A DNA stretch of 64,000 nucleotides from Rhodosorus marinus CCMP1338 (lineage: Eukaryota > Plantae > Rhodophyta): positions 1,736,001 to 1,800,000 of the forward strand of contig JAMWBK010000003.1 in the NCBI GenBank assembly GCA_029953675.1, given 5' to 3'. Below are positions 1 through 11,039 of the stretch, piece by piece. Every line of letters starts with the position of its first letter. Positions within the stretch are counted from its first letter, which is position 1. The notes beneath the pieces are model-generated. The model did no database searches. It worked only from the letters and a program-made list of their open reading frames with translations, and was not told the origin of the DNA. The translations under genes and the position numbers were made by a program.

Positions 1-66
1 ATGAAGGCATTTAGTTTAGGAATCCAAAATCCAGATCCCATATCGCCCGATCGGCGAGTATAAACA

Positions 67-291
67 CTACCGCGACGCAATACTTTCCCAACCAACACAA
101 AGCAAACTAAGATTCAGAGAGATCGACGATCTACTAACCAATTCCTTGCCGACTTCTCTTAACAAGCACAGCGCCTTTCGCTCGATCAAACCCTCTTTCA
201 AGCTCACCCCAGCTTCCTCATTCCCGTTCTTCGCCGCATATCTCAAACCCGCAAGCCTCAAAAGCTCATCCTGAGGGATATCTTCCTCCAT
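67..291 (-). CDS. 5' exon of a hypothetical protein, probably continuing through an intron beyond the window start
   Basis: ATG at 291 (MEEDIPQDELLRLAGLRYAAKNGNEE...). It is preceded by a C-rich plus-strand block (~400-480) like those upstream of other minus-strand genes here. No family recognised. Confidence 0.4.
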   Translation of the reverse strand: MEEDIPQDELLRLAGLRYAAKNGNEEAGVSLKEGLIERKALCLLREVGKELVSRSSISLNLSLLCVGWESIASR

Positions 292-1231
292 CCTCACACG
301 ACTCAAAAAAAAAAAAGCCCAGAAAAATTAGACAAAAGCAAACAGATCCAAAGATCCAAAAACTCCCAAAACTCAACAAAAATCAACGCGTCCTTCTTCA
401 CACACACACCAACAACACTTCCTCTTTAACATCAACTCCTCCTTCCCCCCCTACTCCAACCCCCAAACCCAACTTCGCTTTACGCACACAACTGAATAAG
501 AGTTTCACGTCATCTCAGCACGGATAGCTGGCATACGACAAAAAGAGTACTCCGTCGAAAAAGACGTTTTCCATCGGTCTGGATGTTTTGTCTATTTCTT
601 TGAAGAAAAAACTATTCAATCAACATTTACGGGAAGGGACTGATTTTTCGAGGGAATGGTTCACACGGTGGTCAGTTGACGATAGCTCATGAAGGCTGAA
701 TCAATGTGGAAGCTGCTGGCTACTATGACTGGATCTGACTGCCATCGAACTGAATAATGGCATCCTTTTAGCTCTTCAATAGTTGTGGATTTCTCTCCAT
801 ATGAAGTGGTGATGAACAGGCACCTGGCAAAAACAGGGAGGATGTGTGGGAGGTGTTGAGGGGATGTGGGTTGTTCCAAAGAGTTCGACAGGTTTCACCC
901 CTGGCAGGAGAGAAACCAGGACCGGCAGAGCACCCGCCACCTCCCCCACCCCCGCTTTCAGTAAACAAGACCAAGACAGAAAGCACTCAAAGTGCTAGTA
1001 GAGTCTCGCGCCTCCGACGGGAGCGATGCTGGCACCATATCAAAAAAGGATCGCATCATCAAGTAGGCAGGATTCCAAATTCTTAGTGGAGCTCGCCGGA
1101 AGAGTTCATGTGTGGTAAAAGGTTTCTCAGAATTGGCATAGGGCGGTACTTTTGCAGCAAACATCCTCTAGTCAAAAACCAGAAACATCATTTAAATTGA
1201 AATAGACCGTCTGTCATCTTCATAACTTCTC

Positions 1232-1545
1232 TGTGACGTCTCCACCTTCTAGCAATGTCCGGCTATGCAAAATTATGCTCGGGCTGTGCCAAAATCTCTT
1301 CAGGTGCAACACCCTTTTGATCTTTATAGTTATTGCACATCCCGCTGGAGCAAGAGTATAAGTACGATGGGCAAACTCGATATTCCTAGGTTAGCTGGAG
1401 AGAGGAGAAGGAAAAATAAGAAGAAAATAGGAGGAAAAAAGGATAGAATTGGAATATATTACCTAATTAGGGAGTAATTAGGGGGGATAAAACCGGAAAT
1501 ATGGAGTAATTGAGGAATAACCAGCTGGCAGTTTGAGACGTAAAA
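1232..1545 (+). repeat. 5' LTR (314 bp)
   Basis: Starts TGTGACGTCTC and ends GAGACGTAAAA, a degenerate match to the expected GAGACGTCACA. Contains TATAAGTA...GGTTAGCTGGAGAG, similar to the other LTRs in the window, and is followed after 2 nt by the PBS. Confidence 0.75.
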
Positions 1546-1547
1546 TC

Positions 1548-1559
1548 TGGTCTCATCGC
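1548..1559 (+). promoter_or_regulatory. Primer-binding site TGGTCTCATCGC (copy 1)
   Basis: TGG-starting 12-mer 2 nt after the LTR end. An identical 12-mer follows the other LTR 3' end at 2030-2041. Confidence 0.8.
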
Positions 1560-1577
1560 ATGATTGCGATTGAGGAA

Positions 1578-1927
1578 CCGACCCGGAGCCAGAGAACCTG
1601 AAGGACAACGTAAATGAGCCCAGAACCAGAAAACCAGTAAACCTGAGACCCAGGAACCAGAACTAGGATGGCCGCATTGATTAAGATCCAGGCCCCGCAG
1701 CCACGAGCATACGATGGCAGACGGGCCAACTTAAAATACGTTCTGAGGTTGTTCAAGAATGTACTAATGGTAAGCGCGTCCCGTTTGCCATCGTATGCTC
1801 GTGGCTGCGGGGCCTGGATCTTAATCAATGCTGCCATCCTAGTTCTGGTTCCTGGGTCTCGGGTTTACTGGTTTTCTGGTTCTGGGCTCATTTACGTTGT
1901 CCTTCAGGTTCTCTCGCTCCGGGTCGG
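1578..1927. repeat. Inverted repeat of the gag leader and gag start: 148-bp arms (1578-1725 / 1780-1927) with a 54-bp spacer
   Basis: The arms are near-perfect reverse complements with a few substitutions. ORFs on both strands begin MAALIKIQAPQPRAYDG. Confidence 0.95.
1726..1837 (-). pseudogene. gag: Gypsy gag N-terminal fragment
   Basis: MAALIKIQAPQPRAYDGKRDALTISTFLNNLRTYFKL fits the P..YDG.RD....FL..L..YF pattern of retrotransposon gag N-termini. It is truncated by the fold-back. Confidence 0.7.
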
Positions 1928-1948
1928 AGAATCTTTTTCTCTATCTTG

Positions 1949-2041
1949 GATAGAGAAAAAGATAAAAACATAAAAGGGAATTTGAACTATTTTGGATCAC
2001 CAACACACGTTAATACGGAACGTGTCAATTGGTCTCATCGC
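1949..2041 (+). repeat. LTR 3' fragment (ends ACGTGTCA at 2027) plus PBS copy 2 (2030-2041)
   Basis: Aligns with the last ~80 bp of the 4037-4290 LTR (gaaaaagataaaa...ttttggatcac...acgtgtca). Confidence 0.85.
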
Positions 2042-2739
2042 GATAAGTTCTGAGCAATTTATCGACCATTGATTCAGGTACGCAAATACGATGACGTCGA
2101 TAGAGGACGTTATTCCTTTTGACAAAACCCTGCTCCGCATATTCTGCAGGTCGCTGATAGATCGCCGCAAACTCTGGATCGCGTAGGCACGCCTGCGGCC
2201 AGTCCACATCGGTCGTAATCGACGATACAGCCAGTTGCTGGATGGCGTGTCTGCTTAGCGCATCCGCAATGTTGTCACTGCCTTTTCTGTATTCGATAGA
2301 AACCTGGAAGGGCATCAGTCTGTTGATATATCTTGCCTGCCTCTTCGTGAGCTCCTTCTGCCACCGGATAGTTTTCTCTTTCAGCGGGGAGGAGTTGTGA
2401 CGTCCTGACATGACATCTGGCAAAACAAATTGGTGACGAAGAGGTAGGCAAGATATATCAACAAACTGATGCCCTTCCAGTTTTCTATCGAATACAGAAA
2501 AGGCAGTGACAACATTGCGGATGCGCTAAGCAGACACGCCATCCAGCAACTGGCTGTATCGTCGATTACGACCGATGTGGACTGGCCGCAGGCGTACCTA
2601 CGCGATCCAGAGTTTGCGGCGATCTATCAGCGACCTGCAGAAATGGAGCAGGGTTTTGTCAAAAGGAATAACGTCCTCTATCGACGTCATCGTATTTGCG
2701 TACCTGAATCAATGGTCGATAAATTGCTCAGAACTTATC
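2042..2739. repeat. Inverted repeat of pol: ~305-bp arms (2042-2348 / 2436-2739) with an 87-bp spacer containing a PPT and LTR start
   Basis: Minus ORF 2025-2423 and plus ORF 2469-3869 share MPFQ.SIEYRKGSDNIADALSRH...MVDKLLRTY. I counted four substitutions and 3 bp of indel between the arms. Confidence 0.95.
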
Positions 2740-3930
2740 ACGACGAGCCAACGGGAGGTCATTTCGGCACTACCAAAACTCGGAACCTGATCAAGCGCAA
2801 ATACTATTGGGCGACCTTGAGGCAGGACGTTGAGAAACGTCTGAGCACCTGTGCAATGTGTCAAAAGCAGAAGCCGCTCCGATATTCAACCGGCACCCTG
2901 CAACCTTTACCTATTCCCGACGGAAAGCTTCAATCCATATCAATGGACTTCATCGTCAGCCTAACTAAAACGGAGGACGGGTTTGACTCGATCCTAGTCA
3001 TCGTCGATCGGTTCACCAAGTATGCCCGTTTCCTACCGACAACGACAACGGCGACGGCGCAACAAACCGCGAAGCTGTTCTTACGTCATTGGGTTAGGTT
3101 CGCGGGTATACCTAGAGACATCATTTCTGACCGAGACCCAAAATTCACGGGCTTTTTCTGGAGGGAATTGTTGAAGATGCTGCGAGTAAGGCAAAACCTG
3201 AGTACAGCCTACCATCCACAATCAGACGGACAAACAGAAAGAACGAACCAGACCTTGGAAACGTACCTGCGATGTAATTCAACAACCACAACTTGGGCGG
3301 ACGACCTTCCTACGGCAGAGCTGGCCTACAACTGCCAAGTTTCAGAGTCTACGAAGTTCTCCCCCTTCGAGTTGCTTTCCGGAAAGAACCCGACTTTGCC
3401 TCCCGATCTTACAGTCCCCGATGCTAACGGCCCTTCATTGTCATTACCTGAAGCCGCAACCATTATGTTACAACGACAACAAGACCAACGAGACCTAGCC
3501 CGCGCCAACCTACGATATGCCCAAGAACGCCAACGCTTCTACTATGATCGAGGCAAAAGAGACCTCCACTTTGAACCAGCGAATATGTGCTCTTGTCACA
3601 CGGAATCTTCAACTCCCAGATTCAAAAGTTTTTCGGCCCAGATATATGTTGGACCGATTAAAATTTTACGCAAAATTGGTAACGTTGCGTATAAGCTGGA
3701 GCTCACTGGAGATTCTCAGATGCATGATGTTTTTCATGTATCACTGTTACGAAAGTTCAATGGACCTGAACCTGAAGGCTCGCCCGTAGTTCCTGTACTA
3801 CAACCAGCAGTACCACAACGAGAGTTGCGAAGTCAGTATTGGGATATCGACGAGACGAAAAGAACCTAAATGAATACTTCGTCTACTTTGAAGGCGAGAC
3901 AACGGATGATTTGAGATGGCTACCCTACCA
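2418..3930 (+). pseudogene. pol: Gypsy pol 3' part: RNase H end, zinc-binding HHCC, integrase core, GP(Y/F)-like region and frameshifted chromodomain-like tail
   Basis: Motifs: YRKGSDNIADALSR; H..PTGGHFG...C.MCQ; SMDFIVSL; SDRDPKFT; STAYHPQSDGQTERTN; GPIKI...AYKLEL..HDVFHVSLL; EYFVYFEGE...RWLP after the frameshift. There is an in-frame TAG at 2445-2447. Confidence 0.9.
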
Positions 3931-4036
3931 TCTACTACCGCAGAACCGGACCAAGAAACAAATCCGGTATTATACGAATCTCCACAAGGCAGCTTCTTCT
4001 GCCACCGGATAGTTCTTTCCTTTAGTGGGGAGGAGT

Positions 4037-4290
4037 TGTTGCGTCCTGCCCGAACAAGTCAGCTGTCAGGAGTGTAGCCCAAAACAAGGCTAATAATAGA
4101 TAAGTCTAGATCTAATAATAGTACTCTAGCAAACCCAAGACATGAACCGGAAGCCTATAAATACGGAAGTTACGACCTTCCGTCTTAGGATTAGAGCTAG
4201 AGGAGGAGTATCCAAAATAGAAAAAGATAAAACAAAAAGGGAATTTAAGTTATTTTGGATCACCTACACGCGTTGACGGAGAACGTGTCA
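4037..4290 (+). repeat. 3' LTR (254 bp, TG...CA) preceded by a PPT at 4024-4035
   Basis: AGTGGGGAGGAG PPT, then TGTTGCG...TATAAAT...ACGTGTCA. Confidence 0.9.
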
Positions 4291-4420
4291 TGTCATAACT
4301 CAATATCAAGAACACGAAAAATCATGCAGTTCATATCATGACAGGCTAAGGGGGCTTATGAAGACCTAGATGTAAACGCAGTCCCGCACGTAACTCGAAG
4401 GCTGTTAAGGCTAGTCGAGA

Positions 4421-5061
4421 TTAGGCGGGAATCAGCGTGAACAACTTAGAGCTAAGACTAGCGCCCAAGCTCTGGAACCGAGCGAAGGTAGAGGGCAAAG
4501 AGGAGATGTTTCTGGCTATATCGCCAGCCTGGTTTTTGGGCATGTCATGGCAGTGCAGGACCTCCCTCATCGAAAGTATCGTACTCGCGATCTGGCGGTA
4601 CCTCATACCTCTGTTAAGAAGGTGCAGGACGAATGCGAATAGCTTTTCATTTTTCGCGTACACCAGGGGATGCTCTTCGCCTTCCTACCCCTCCTCGAAA
4701 AGTGCCTCTGTGTGAAAGCGAGAGTTTACAGGCATCACAATTGAGCCCCGCGTGGCCCGCTTGAAGATCGACGACAGATCGAAGCCGCCTTCCGTCTTCC
4801 GAAGCTCGGAATGTTTGCATTTGCCCGGATGCTGCTGGGGAATGTGCTTCCTATTATTTGATAGGAGAAATTTCTCTCGCCGGTAGCGAGCGTTGCTCGT
4901 AGGCTTCCGTAGCTTCGCCGCATCGCCTTGGTCTCTTCCAAAGCATTCAGCAGAAAACATATGACGGAATCATCACCGATGCCTCTTTCCGCGGCTCCCT
5001 CAACCGATATGACGGAGTATCTGCCCCTTGAGAGAGGTATTTCCCGAAGTTCCCACTTCAC
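4421..5061 (-). mobile_element. Possible degenerate copia-type gag remnant
   Basis: Broken ORFs. RYRQIASTIL...DIARNISSLPSTFARF loosely resembles the 'L.SLP..Y..F' motif of copia gag. It abuts the gypsy LTR. Confidence 0.35.
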
Positions 5062-5820
5062 GAGTACTCGTACGAGTCATACTTGAGTCTCACTCGCGAT
5101 CCAGACACGGCTTACGCCGCTCGCTCACCAGCCTCCAGCTAGTCCAGAGGATACCGCTCGGTAGATTCGGTAGCTGAGGTAAACGGTCCATAGCAGGATC
5201 TAAATCGTTCAATCACAGCCACCTTAAACAGTCCAGGCCCCCAGTGCGCAACTCACAAAGAGCAGGAAATCGAAAGTGTCAGCTCCACTATGGGACACTT
5301 TTGAGAATTTCAATTTGTCCCATTGTCCCAGGTTCTCCGAGCTTAGAAATTCCAGCTTCTACTACAACGCGGGGCGTATAGATCTCTGGGCAGCAATTCC
5401 AGACCATACAGACACCGGAATCGATGAGCGAAGAGGAAAGATATTTTATCCACTATTCAATATATGTAACCAAACAAATGACTGCTGTCATCATTGGAAT
5501 AGTACAAAGTTGTATTCCAATAGTACATACGCTCATAAAAATTCATAATTCAATATTGGATCCATTCCGATAGATTGGGCGCTGTCTGATTTCTTCGGCA
5601 TTGTCAGGATGGTGGATGAGAGAGGAGGGGGAAAAGGGATGGGTGTTTATCGGTGTGAGTAGGGGAGGATGAAAGGGCCTGGTATTTGGTTGACGGTTCG
5701 GAAGTGGGAAGGTATTTAGGAGTTCACTGAGATTGAGGCAGTGTTAAGAATCTGTGGAGTTGACTTTTGATCTGTTGGTGGTTGTGTTTTGTTTTTTGGG
5801 GAGAGGGGAGGACGGGAAGG

Positions 5821-6283
5821 ATGGGGAGGATGGGGAGAGGTCGTGGGATCATTTTATTGGTTTTGGTTTTCGTATTTTTGTTGGGTGTTGCTTATGGAGG
5901 GGGTCAGCATAGAAGCAAAATAGGAGACTGTTCGCGAGGGGTGAAGGCAAGTAGTCGTCGGCAGGGTTTATCTGGAAAATACGTAAGTTCTGCGTTCAGA
6001 TGTCTTCTGCTGAGGTTGTGGGTCGGACTTGTTTTACTAACGTGTCGCTTCCTTGCTTTGGAATTTTGTGTTATAGGGTAAGACAACCCAGAGAGGGCCT
6101 TCATACCGAGCGCAGAGGCCTGCTGGAAAGATGAAAATGGAGACCAAGTACCACAAAATGCCGGGAACTAACTTGAAGCGGCAAGTACGGACCCGAAGAG
6201 CGACTAGAGGAGTTGGATCACGAATCTGGACCGCTTTTAATAATTTCAGGGAGAGGAGAGCTAGAACTTCTTATGTTGCATAA
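5821..6283 (+). CDS. Possible small two-exon protein with an N-terminal hydrophobic signal
   Basis: MGRMGRGRGIILLVLVFVFLLGVAYGG..., a GTAAGT donor near 5992 and a TTATAG acceptor near 6076, with a G-rich upstream block. No family recognised. Confidence 0.3.
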
Positions 6284-6435
6284 GTCTCAGATCTGAGCGA
6301 CGAATTCCAGCTCTGAACTGCAACTTGAAGACGCATCTCGTCTACTCTTCTTCTCCGAGTCTTCAGGCAGCTGCGCATTTACCGTCGCTACCTGCCTTCG
6401 CCGCTCCCGACGAGGCTGCTTTTACCGCGTCATTG

Positions 6436-8161
6436 TTATCCTCGTGCTTCTTTCAATATATCAGTTAGAAGTTTCTTCTTCTGAATTCGAAACTGTACCG
6501 CAATAGACTTTTTCTTCAGTCCTTCGTCCTCCTCCAAAGTGGTCGGCATGTTCTGTATCATGTGAAAACAACCAGACGCTTAAGTCGATCCTGTTCTTTG
6601 CCTTGAGTCTGTTGAGGAACCATCCTACCTCAAGTTCGCTGAGGCAGACTTGCTCTGCAAAGGGCTTGATTCCGTCCTCGCCAAACAGTTTAGACACTGA
6701 GTTCTGAACGGACTTGTCGAAGTTGAGTGTGCTCTTAAGCAAGACAACTGGCCCGTACTCTTTCTCCTGATCGTTGAGGGTTGTCGAATCGATGTCAAGC
6801 GAATCTAGAACGCTCTGCAGTGTTTCTCCCACCACATAGATATCATGAGGATTATCCTCCTCAACGAATCCATAGTACTGAAGCAGCTGATCGTTGCTTC
6901 GGTCTCCGTAGCTGATGAAAACCTGTTGAGGAAGCGCCGGACTGAGTCGTGCAGAACAAGCGAGAGATCACCCAGCCCATAGCCTTCTCCTACCTGTTCG
7001 CCCTTCTTATAGGGACCCGTCTTAAGCACAAAGCTACTAAAGAAGTACTCATAGGATAGGTCCGATTCGGCTCGGCTGCTGTGGTTGCAAAAGTCAACGA
7101 TCGGGCAAAGTATGTATCGTTTCCATTCCTCTCCTCCGATTGCTTTCTGCACTCGTGGATAAATAAGGTCGTAGCTTAGAAGCGCGATGACTGCTAAGCT
7201 CAATCCGTTCAAGACCTGTCAATCAAGGAAAGCAAAGTTTTACTTCTCAGCTTGCGTACGAGTGGGCTCTCTCAGCGGTGCTCTCGGACGTAGCATTCTG
7301 GGTGCGAGCTTTGATGATTCATCCGAACCAGACTGAAGGCTAGCGGGTGGAAGAATTCCTAAAATTCCCCTTGTCTTGTTCGTTACCTGCTCGGAGTCTG
7401 CCAAATGCAGGGTTAGTGCTGCTACAGAGAGCGCACCGGCGAAAGCAATGGTTTTTAATCTTTCTGCGAACGGCGTAGCCTCAGCTTCGCCGCTGAAAGC
7501 TCGCGAGCGAACGCACTCCAAGGCCCATACAAACTCATCGAATTCTACATTTCGCCCGTCTTTCAGATTCTCCACCAGCAGTCGATGCAGGCGCTTCCAT
7601 TCCTGCTGTTGGTTCACGACCTGTTTTCCATTGCGATTCAGGTCTCTGATTAATACTGAAGTGTAGCCTGAACTGCTGCTTTACCTGCTTCTGGATGGGT
7701 ATGTACTGTGTCTCCTGGAGTTCCTCTGCTGTCCAATGGAAAGGGGTCGAGAAGCTTTTCGGCAGGGCATTGACGTATCCTGAGAGATTCGGCTTCTTGT
7801 CCGTCTGCTTCTGATAGACAAGTCGCAGCGCCAGCCGAACCCACCATCGCTGAGATTTCCAATACGAGCTAGTAACAAAAGCAGGAATTGGGTTCGTTTC
7901 AGGTATTGAGTTCGACTCCAGAACCATCTCCTTCGGAACCTTGACGATAGCACTCGATGCATCAAAGTCCTGTTCCGCGATCATTCCTCTAACATTGCCG
8001 GCAAAAGTATGCAAGTTCATGACGGTCCATTGAATTCCCCCGTCTCTTGCCCAGGACAGAGGTGATGAAGAGGCAGCAGACATAACGCAGCCTTTTTTTC
8101 TCCTCAAGGCCGCAACAGACTTGCTGGGGAGCCCCACTCCAAGAAAGGCACACGTGGCCAT
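6436..8161 (-). CDS. SET-domain (Rubisco LSMT-like) lysine methyltransferase, multi-exon, with a transit-peptide-like N-terminus
   Basis: Motifs: RGMIA, KVP..M, YVNALPKSFSTPFHW, WALECVRSRAF, PIVDFCNH, VFISYG.RSNDQLLQYYGF, and C-terminal TTLEED...RIQKKKLL. GT-AG introns join the ORF pieces. Confidence 0.92.
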
Positions 8162-9311
8162 TTCTCAACCCAGCCCCAATCAGGTGGTCAGATCCGGTGA
8201 TTGCGTAGACAATGATCACAAAAAATTTCTCCTCAGATGAAGCTAGCTCTAGAACGCGTGCTTCGGAAGCCCTCTTCAACTTCAGACAACAACAATGTCG
8301 CACTCTAGTGCTCGCGGCCGTTGTCCATTATCTCAAGAAATCTCCTTTACGAGTAAAAAGCGTCCCACGAGGACTGCTTGCAAGCTCAAGGGATCGTGGG
8401 GACGCAAAGGACTGTGAAAGTCCGATCAAACAAACTAGATCTCAACAAGAACTAATAGCATCGTCTACGCTATCATTCATTAGCACCGAGCAGACTTCCA
8501 GGATAGAATTTGAGATCAACTGATATGGCCGATATCAGTTGATCCTCTGTGCTGGGAAAAATTACTGACTGTTCCTCACACAGGAATCAGTTATTATAGA
8601 AACTACTGAATCTTGCTTCTATGCTATAGAGGAGATATCCAACGCACCACGATGCATGGTAACGTCTCCCTTGTTGCTTTCTCTTGTCGTAGTCACGCAT
8701 GTCGTGGACATCTTCTCTTCACTCAGGTTGTTTCGCCAAACGCCCATCTTCCTCTGGTGCGTAGCAGGCAGCGTACCAGTGGCGTCCAAATCTAGAAAAT
8801 CGGAGGGTATTAGGCGAAAGGGACTTATCAACAGCTTCAAATCTTCTGGCAAAAGCCCGCCTTCGTCCGCGACCAATCCTTGTGAGGCCTTCATCCATGT
8901 ACGACCTAAGCTGGTCAACCCCCGACTACTACAACTAGAACATTTATCCAAAACAAAGGAGAAGAGACATCATTTTTTCTTCATAAAAAACTAACTAAAT
9001 CAGATATTGGTAAATAGTAGACGTAGACAGCGTATAATTGCTCAGATTAAAGAAGACTGGGACACAAATAGATCTAGGCAGGACTAATACCAGTAATCTA
9101 AGACTCTATGTTTATGAAATAGGAATCAAACTCAAAAGTAGAAGCATATTTTGATTGATTTAACGCGTGTCATGTTTTTATTTGTTAAATCTACGGCATC
9201 AAGTATGGCCGTGTTTGATCGCTTTCCCGACACATTGGCCCTTTGGGGGGGCTTTGAAGGATGGGTATCTGAAGCTTTGTGTGGTTCACGAGTACTTATG
9301 TTCTCAATTAT

Positions 9312-10871
9312 TCACATTTCTATGAGCTCTACAACCTCTGTTACGAGTGCATACTTTGGATCGATTCTTTTCAAGTCTGGAAAGTCCATTAGAGACAGCG
9401 CCCCGAGCCCGAAGAAGGTGTGGAATACGTCGGGAATGTCCCCCGGTCTATCTGCAATCCCTCCGTCTGGACTCTATTAGAACAGTACGAGACAGAGGTG
9501 ACAGGAATTATTGGACGTCAGCGGCAGCTGCGGTTGGACCGTCCTCGACTTCTTTTGTGAATCAAATTTGATCGAGGCTGCTCACCTGGCATTGGAGAAT
9601 AAACTCCGTGAGCTTTTCTCTATCTATCCAATCGATTTTGCCAAGCATCGCCATGGAGGACAACACCCACCACGAATAACATACCTGGGTAGCCAAGGAC
9701 AAGATTCAGTAAATAAAGTGTCAATCTTTTGTAAAGAGGGAAAGTACCTACATCTTCTTTCTTGTCGGGTCTCCCGTTGAACCCACCACATGGAAGCTGC
9801 CGCTCACTAAGCCACCATCCAAGCAGGTCCACGTCAATTCTATCCAAGGACTTGGTCAGCGCCAGAGCACCAACGCAGCAGAAAACTGCAGGCAAAAAGA
9901 TGTTTTAAAGCAAACGCTTAGATACAAACAACACAAAAAGCAGTTTTTGCTTCCGAGGTGTCCCGGCTCACTCTGTCCAGCATGAGACTCAGCTCCTGGT
10001 ATACATCCAAAACCGCCGTCAAAGTTTCGGCACCGGAGGACATAGTCAATAGCTTTATCAACGTCAACATCCTCCAGTCTATTCATGATCTTTAGACAAA
10101 GCAAGGCTCCATAGGAGAACCGGGTGTCGACTTCACCCCACTGGTCACCAGAGAACGATCCATCTTCGTTCTGCATGGATTTTATATCTGTCCAGGAAAC
10201 GCTTTAGTTCGCACTAGTTAGAGAAGTAGTGGATGTCTTGGTAGGTCATGTATGTATCCTCGAGAATCACTCGGCTCAGCCAAAACTATGACAGTTTTTG
10301 GCTTCTCTTACATTCGACGACTTTCTCAATATCAAGCCTATCCAATTCATTGTAGATCGCTAGGATCTGAACAGCGCTGAGCGTTGAAAGCAGTTGTGGA
10401 TCTAGCTGCTCATTTGCGCCAAAGCCACCTGAACGTTGTAGTGTTGTGAGTGACCAACACATACTTGCTCTCTCAAGAGCAGGTTGGATCAAAATTTCCT
10501 TCTCTAGAGGATGTCATATGGACAATTTTGCATACCAGAATCCTTGTCATACGTTTTGAACACCCATTCAACGATTTCTTCTTTGGGAAGGTCATCGAGG
10601 CAGTCCATTATTTGCAATGAAGCGAGGGCCCAGTATACCCCGCTGATCTTTCGATGCTCGAGCATGTACATTTCAAAAGATTCTTTCTTCTGTTCGCAGC
10701 ACCCAAAAACAAAATTCGCAATAGAAATCTCAGGCTCGCAGCTCGTGTAACGGACAAGCTTCTTCCACGATTGATTACCTCATAAAGCTGTTTGATGTGC
10801 TCTCGATGCAGAGCAGCCGTAAGCGGACCGACCGCTTTGCTCTCCTCTTCATGATCTCCTTCGGTACTCAT
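9312..10871 (-). CDS. RABGGTB: Rab geranylgeranyltransferase (GGTase-II) beta subunit, multi-exon
   Basis: Motifs: [93 protein letters not shown]...IDP.YAL. Confidence 0.95.
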
Positions 10872-11039
10872 CTATGAAAGCATTGATAGTCTCGATGTTG
10901 ACCCTATCACCCGAAGCAGTTGCCACATGTAGACCGAAAATGCTCATTCCTCCTTTCCCCATAGAAGTCTGCTCGGTGCTAAACCAGTGGCTCCGATCTG
11001 ACTCTTAAGCAGGAGGGCTGATTTGGAACGGGTTTTCTG

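Larger units (their letters stand above)
1232..4290 (+). mobile_element. Rearranged, composite Ty3/gypsy (chromovirus-like) LTR retrotransposon
   Basis: Order: LTR 1232-1545, PBS, gag start, inverted segments, RNaseH-end/integrase ORF, chromodomain-like tail, PPT, LTR 4037-4290. The RT core is absent. The two flanking LTRs are dissimilar and no TSD is visible. Confidence 0.9.

Noticed and set aside
1668-1973. Plus-strand 101-aa ORF beginning like gag
   Set aside because: After codon ~19 it reads the antisense of gag and the leader. It is a by-product of the palindrome, not a gene.
2025-2423. Minus-strand 132-aa pol-like ORF as a separate element
   Set aside because: It is the inverted arm of the pol duplication, with both ends formed by junction sequence.
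8619-8994. Overlapping ~110-aa ORFs on both strands between the SET and RABGGTB genes
   Set aside because: No motif, clear start or consistent splice model was found. It could be a small gene but cannot be supported.
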